From positions 5,518,001 through 5,582,000 of the forward strand of contig JAYWIR010000001.1 in NCBI GenBank assembly GCA_036172245.1: a stretch of 64,000 nucleotides of DNA, read 5' to 3'. This DNA comes from Raillietiella orientalis. Its lineage: Eukaryota. Numbering within the stretch: the stretch's first letter is position 1; each line of letters opens with the position of its first letter. The notes under the pieces were generated by a model. It ran no database searches. It was not told the DNA's origin and worked only from the letters and a program-made list of their open reading frames with translations. Below, piece after piece: positions 61,100 through 64,000 of the stretch. The position numbers and the translations under genes are program-made.

Positions 61100-63260
61100 T
61101 GACTGAAAACCCGCCTTAAATCCGACTTCCGGATGTGACGTTGGCGCGAGCGATCGGCACGGCTCCCAACAATGCATCCTGAGGCGCGCGCGTCGACGTC
61201 ACCGGACTTGAGGAGAGACGGTTTCGAGTCGCTCACCGTGCATTTTTAGGTCGCATTGTTGGCCGTCGCGCTGACGCACGCGTTGACGTCACCGCCAAAC
61301 CAGGCTCCTCGAGGAGGGACGGTTTCAAGTGGCCTCACGCTGTACAAGAGACTGCAGAGGGCTTCTCCTCCACTGTTCAGTCTGGCTGCTTGGAACGACT
61401 CGCCTTCCGGAAGGATCCACTCGCTTCTTCTAAAAGACGCGTCGGGGTTTTTGTGGAGGCAAGTCCTTCTCCCATTTCGAATGGGCCCACTCTCCATGAT
61501 TCGCTGCGAAGCCGGGCAAGACACGGGCTTCAACTAGTTCGCAGCATTGGAGTGCTTTCTACTAGCAGCAAGAGGGCCACGCCCCTTTAAAAAGAAGGGA
61601 TCGGGGATGGAAACGAACGAAATGAGGAGAGACCGCGCGATCAGAGATTGACTTTTGTCTCTCGACTGATGGGGTGACGAGCGGGAAGGCAGCTGCACCC
61701 GCTCCATCCTGACAGGAAGCTCTACTTCTCTTCGTGCGGGCGAATTCAATCGACCCGACTCGTTCTTCAGGTGGTTCTTGCACGCGGAGAGGGAGCTCAC
61801 TTTCCCATTCGTGAAAGATTCCTTGAGGAGAGATCTCAGGTAGGCAGCAGTCGACAGAAGCGCCGTCCTATGGGTTGCGCGAGTGTGTCGCTGATATTTG
61901 GAATGCGGAGCCGGATGGATGTTGGTGTGAGAGACCTGGGAGGTGCGGAAGGATCCTCGAGTCTGCCCAGGACAGCCAGCCTTGAACCACTCATGCAACG
62001 ACGAAGTAGGTTTTCAACAGAGTCCGGGACTGCTGCCGGAGTCACGGTGGATCACAACGGATCAAGAGAGAAAAAGCAAAAGGTGGAGCCGCGGAGACGA
62101 CCTTTCCTTCCACCCAGAAAAGCACTTCGTTCAGGAGCCCTTGGAGCTCCTAGCCGAAGAGTTGCTTTTGGCCTCGAGATTGGAGGCGTTGGTCTGAGAA
62201 ATGGAAGGTCGGTCCGAGGAAGAAGAACAGGAGATAATCCGATGACCTTCTAGGCTTCTTCAGCAGTTCCGGATATGTCTTGCATGCTCTTTGCAAATCT
62301 GACGTCCCTTGCGGATGCAGATTTGTTACGTATCCTTCGAGTTTTGCCCCGACCATCCGTGAATTGAGCAGAGAATGGCTTCTCCCGAGCTCCTCAAAGT
62401 CCGTGATCTTTAGTGAGCGATTTTTTGGTCCTTAAAAGGGGTCACAGTGGAGGAGCCTACTAGAGGAAAATGAGTTCAATGGCAGAAAGTACCGAAACAA
62501 CCAACACTGGGTACGCTTCCAAGAGCCCTGCCCTCCGGACCCTGCTGTCTTTGCTAGCAGCATCCACGACAATTGGAGCAAGACGAACGCGCAGGAGTTG
62601 CTCGATGTGGGAAGAGTCCTTTAAGCACAGTCTCCATCCCAGAATGAAGAATTTCACCTTCAGCAGTGGAAGGCACAACCATCTGGTCAAACTGACCGAG
62701 GATACAGCGCGAGCAAAGCAGGAGTCGGCGGGGTCGAACGAGCGTTGCTGGGAGACGGCTGGGGACTACCGCTCCGGGAACCGGCGTTCCGCAGGGAAAG
62801 TCCAGTCGCCCTGCTCGAGGTCCGCCCGCGTGACCGCACGGGCGGGCCACGCGGGCGCCCAAGCACCGTGTTGGCGCTTCCTTGTTTTGAATCTTCAGGT
62901 AGAGGAACCTTTCACCACCACCTATGCTCCCTTTGCTGACCTACTTTTCATCGGAGAGGAAGAGGAGTTTTCAAGAAACCCCGAAAGGCCAACATGTCGG
63001 ACACGTACTTGTGGCCATTTTCCGTCACATACAGACAACATTTGTTTGCAGTGTTGCCAGTGGATACCTTCCTTTCTAGAGGTTCGCTTGTAAACGGACA
63101 GCACGACTCTGTCTCCGTGGGCGACGAGGCCAAATGCTTTCGAGTTGTCTTCGACAGCGTAGGGGACTTTCCGCAAGAGATTTGGAAGGAGACCTTGGAA
63201 ATGGGACTGCGATCGACAGAAAGGAAAAAATTCAGTGCATGGGAGAATCTACTTCCTTCC
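61100..63260 (-). mobile_element. Decayed L1/Tx1-clade LINE 5' part (ORF1 and endonuclease) inside the presumed Beat intron
   Basis: ORF1-like RKVPYAVEDNSKAFGLVAHGDRVVLSV and knuckle relic KVGQQREH (62920-63176). Endonuclease N-terminus KFFILGWRLCLKDSSHIEQLLRV...VDAASKDSRV (62535-62660), FFLGPTFH (~62200-62225, degenerate GGDFN) and YLRSLLKESF (~61815-61843). Confidence 0.6.
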
Positions 63261-64000
63261 ATCCCTTTCCGTGAAGAGTCCCCAGCGTGAGCACCTGCCC
63301 GCAGGGGACGCGCGCATTCGTCTAAAACTTTTCTCCTTCCGCCTCCCTGCACCCGGACCGCCCTCCGCTGGCAACCGCTTGAGGAACCAGGCACGCAGAG
63401 GCTTTAAGGCTCACAGCGCACGAAGATTGCCTTTCGCTTTCACGAGGACCCTTCAAGGCACCTGCATGTGACGTCAATTCCTTACCAATGTGCCACGACA
63501 CGTGCGTGGAAACCTGGAAATGCTTGGAAAACTTTTCAGAAGAGTCGGCTGCTTGCTTGCGATGATCATTACAAGCAAGTGACTGCTCCTAACGGCGAAG
63601 GATCTATTTGGGGACTTAATTGCAAGCAATAAGCCGCGTGACCCTTCCCGGTTCGGATGAAATTCCAGGTAAAAAAAAAGAAAAAAGAAATGCTGCGTAT
63701 CCACGTAGGAAGGGGGAAAAGATGAAGTGGAGGCTGTAAAAGCGGTGAAAGTTACTCACACTGCACCGCTTGGCACACGCACGTTTGGTTGCCACACTTG
63801 GTCCACAGAATACCAACCCACCATCCTCCGAAGCCCCATCCTCAAACTTGGGAAGCTTCGACTTACCGATGTCAAGACAACTGTGGCAGCTTCTGAGCTG
63901 ACCCGCACAGTCTCTTGCATTAACGTATCCGCCTGCTCTTCTCGAAAGCTGGAGGGTGGCAAGCTGGACTCGCAGATTCCTGCGGCCGGGATTACTGGTA

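Noticed and set aside
61330-61372. GEALCSLLYSVR on the minus strand as a Beat Ig1 exon (LYSVKW motif)
   Set aside because: Lacks the KWY and EFYRY continuation and the upstream CxYDL, and lies within a LINE relic.
62595-62650. CSMWEESFKHSLH as a C2H2 zinc finger on the plus strand
   Set aside because: Second Cys and His spacing are wrong. The opposite strand is better explained as an APE endonuclease N-terminus.
1-64000. CRISPR array, prokaryotic operon or defence system, rRNA genes, LTR or DNA transposons
   Set aside because: No regularly spaced repeats, dense ORFs, rRNA similarity, LTR pairs or terminal inverted repeats with a transposase were seen. Spliced exons, SINEs and LINEs indicate an animal genome.

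Overview
This is eukaryotic DNA, probably from an arthropod (inferred from a Beat-family gene and degenerate TTAGG-like repeats). It is visibly GC-rich and gene-poor. The only convincing host coding sequence is the 3' part of a beaten path (Beat)-family immunoglobulin gene on the minus strand: exons 57368-57501 and ~57077-57321, separated by a 46-nt GT-AG intron. Its upstream exons were not found in the window. Most of the rest is heavily frameshifted retroelement relics: about 20 L1/Tx1-clade LINE pieces (ORF1, APE endonuclease, RT, C-terminal zinc finger), one possible R2/NeSL-like element and one possible Penelope GIY-YIG fragment. There are also five copies of a ~700-nt tRNA-headed SINE and several degenerate simple repeats. 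Almost all ORFs in the supplied track are spurious GC-rich frames or relic fragments. The two most interesting signals are RNA-structural. First, the SINE carries many cUUCGg hairpins and a conserved 3' pseudoknot whose layout resembles an HDV-like ribozyme lacking P3/L3. Second, one Tx1-like family ends in a conserved hairpin-AATAAA-hairpin module with no visible poly(A) tail. All protein-motif calls were made by eye from degenerate translations, and relic boundaries are approximate.
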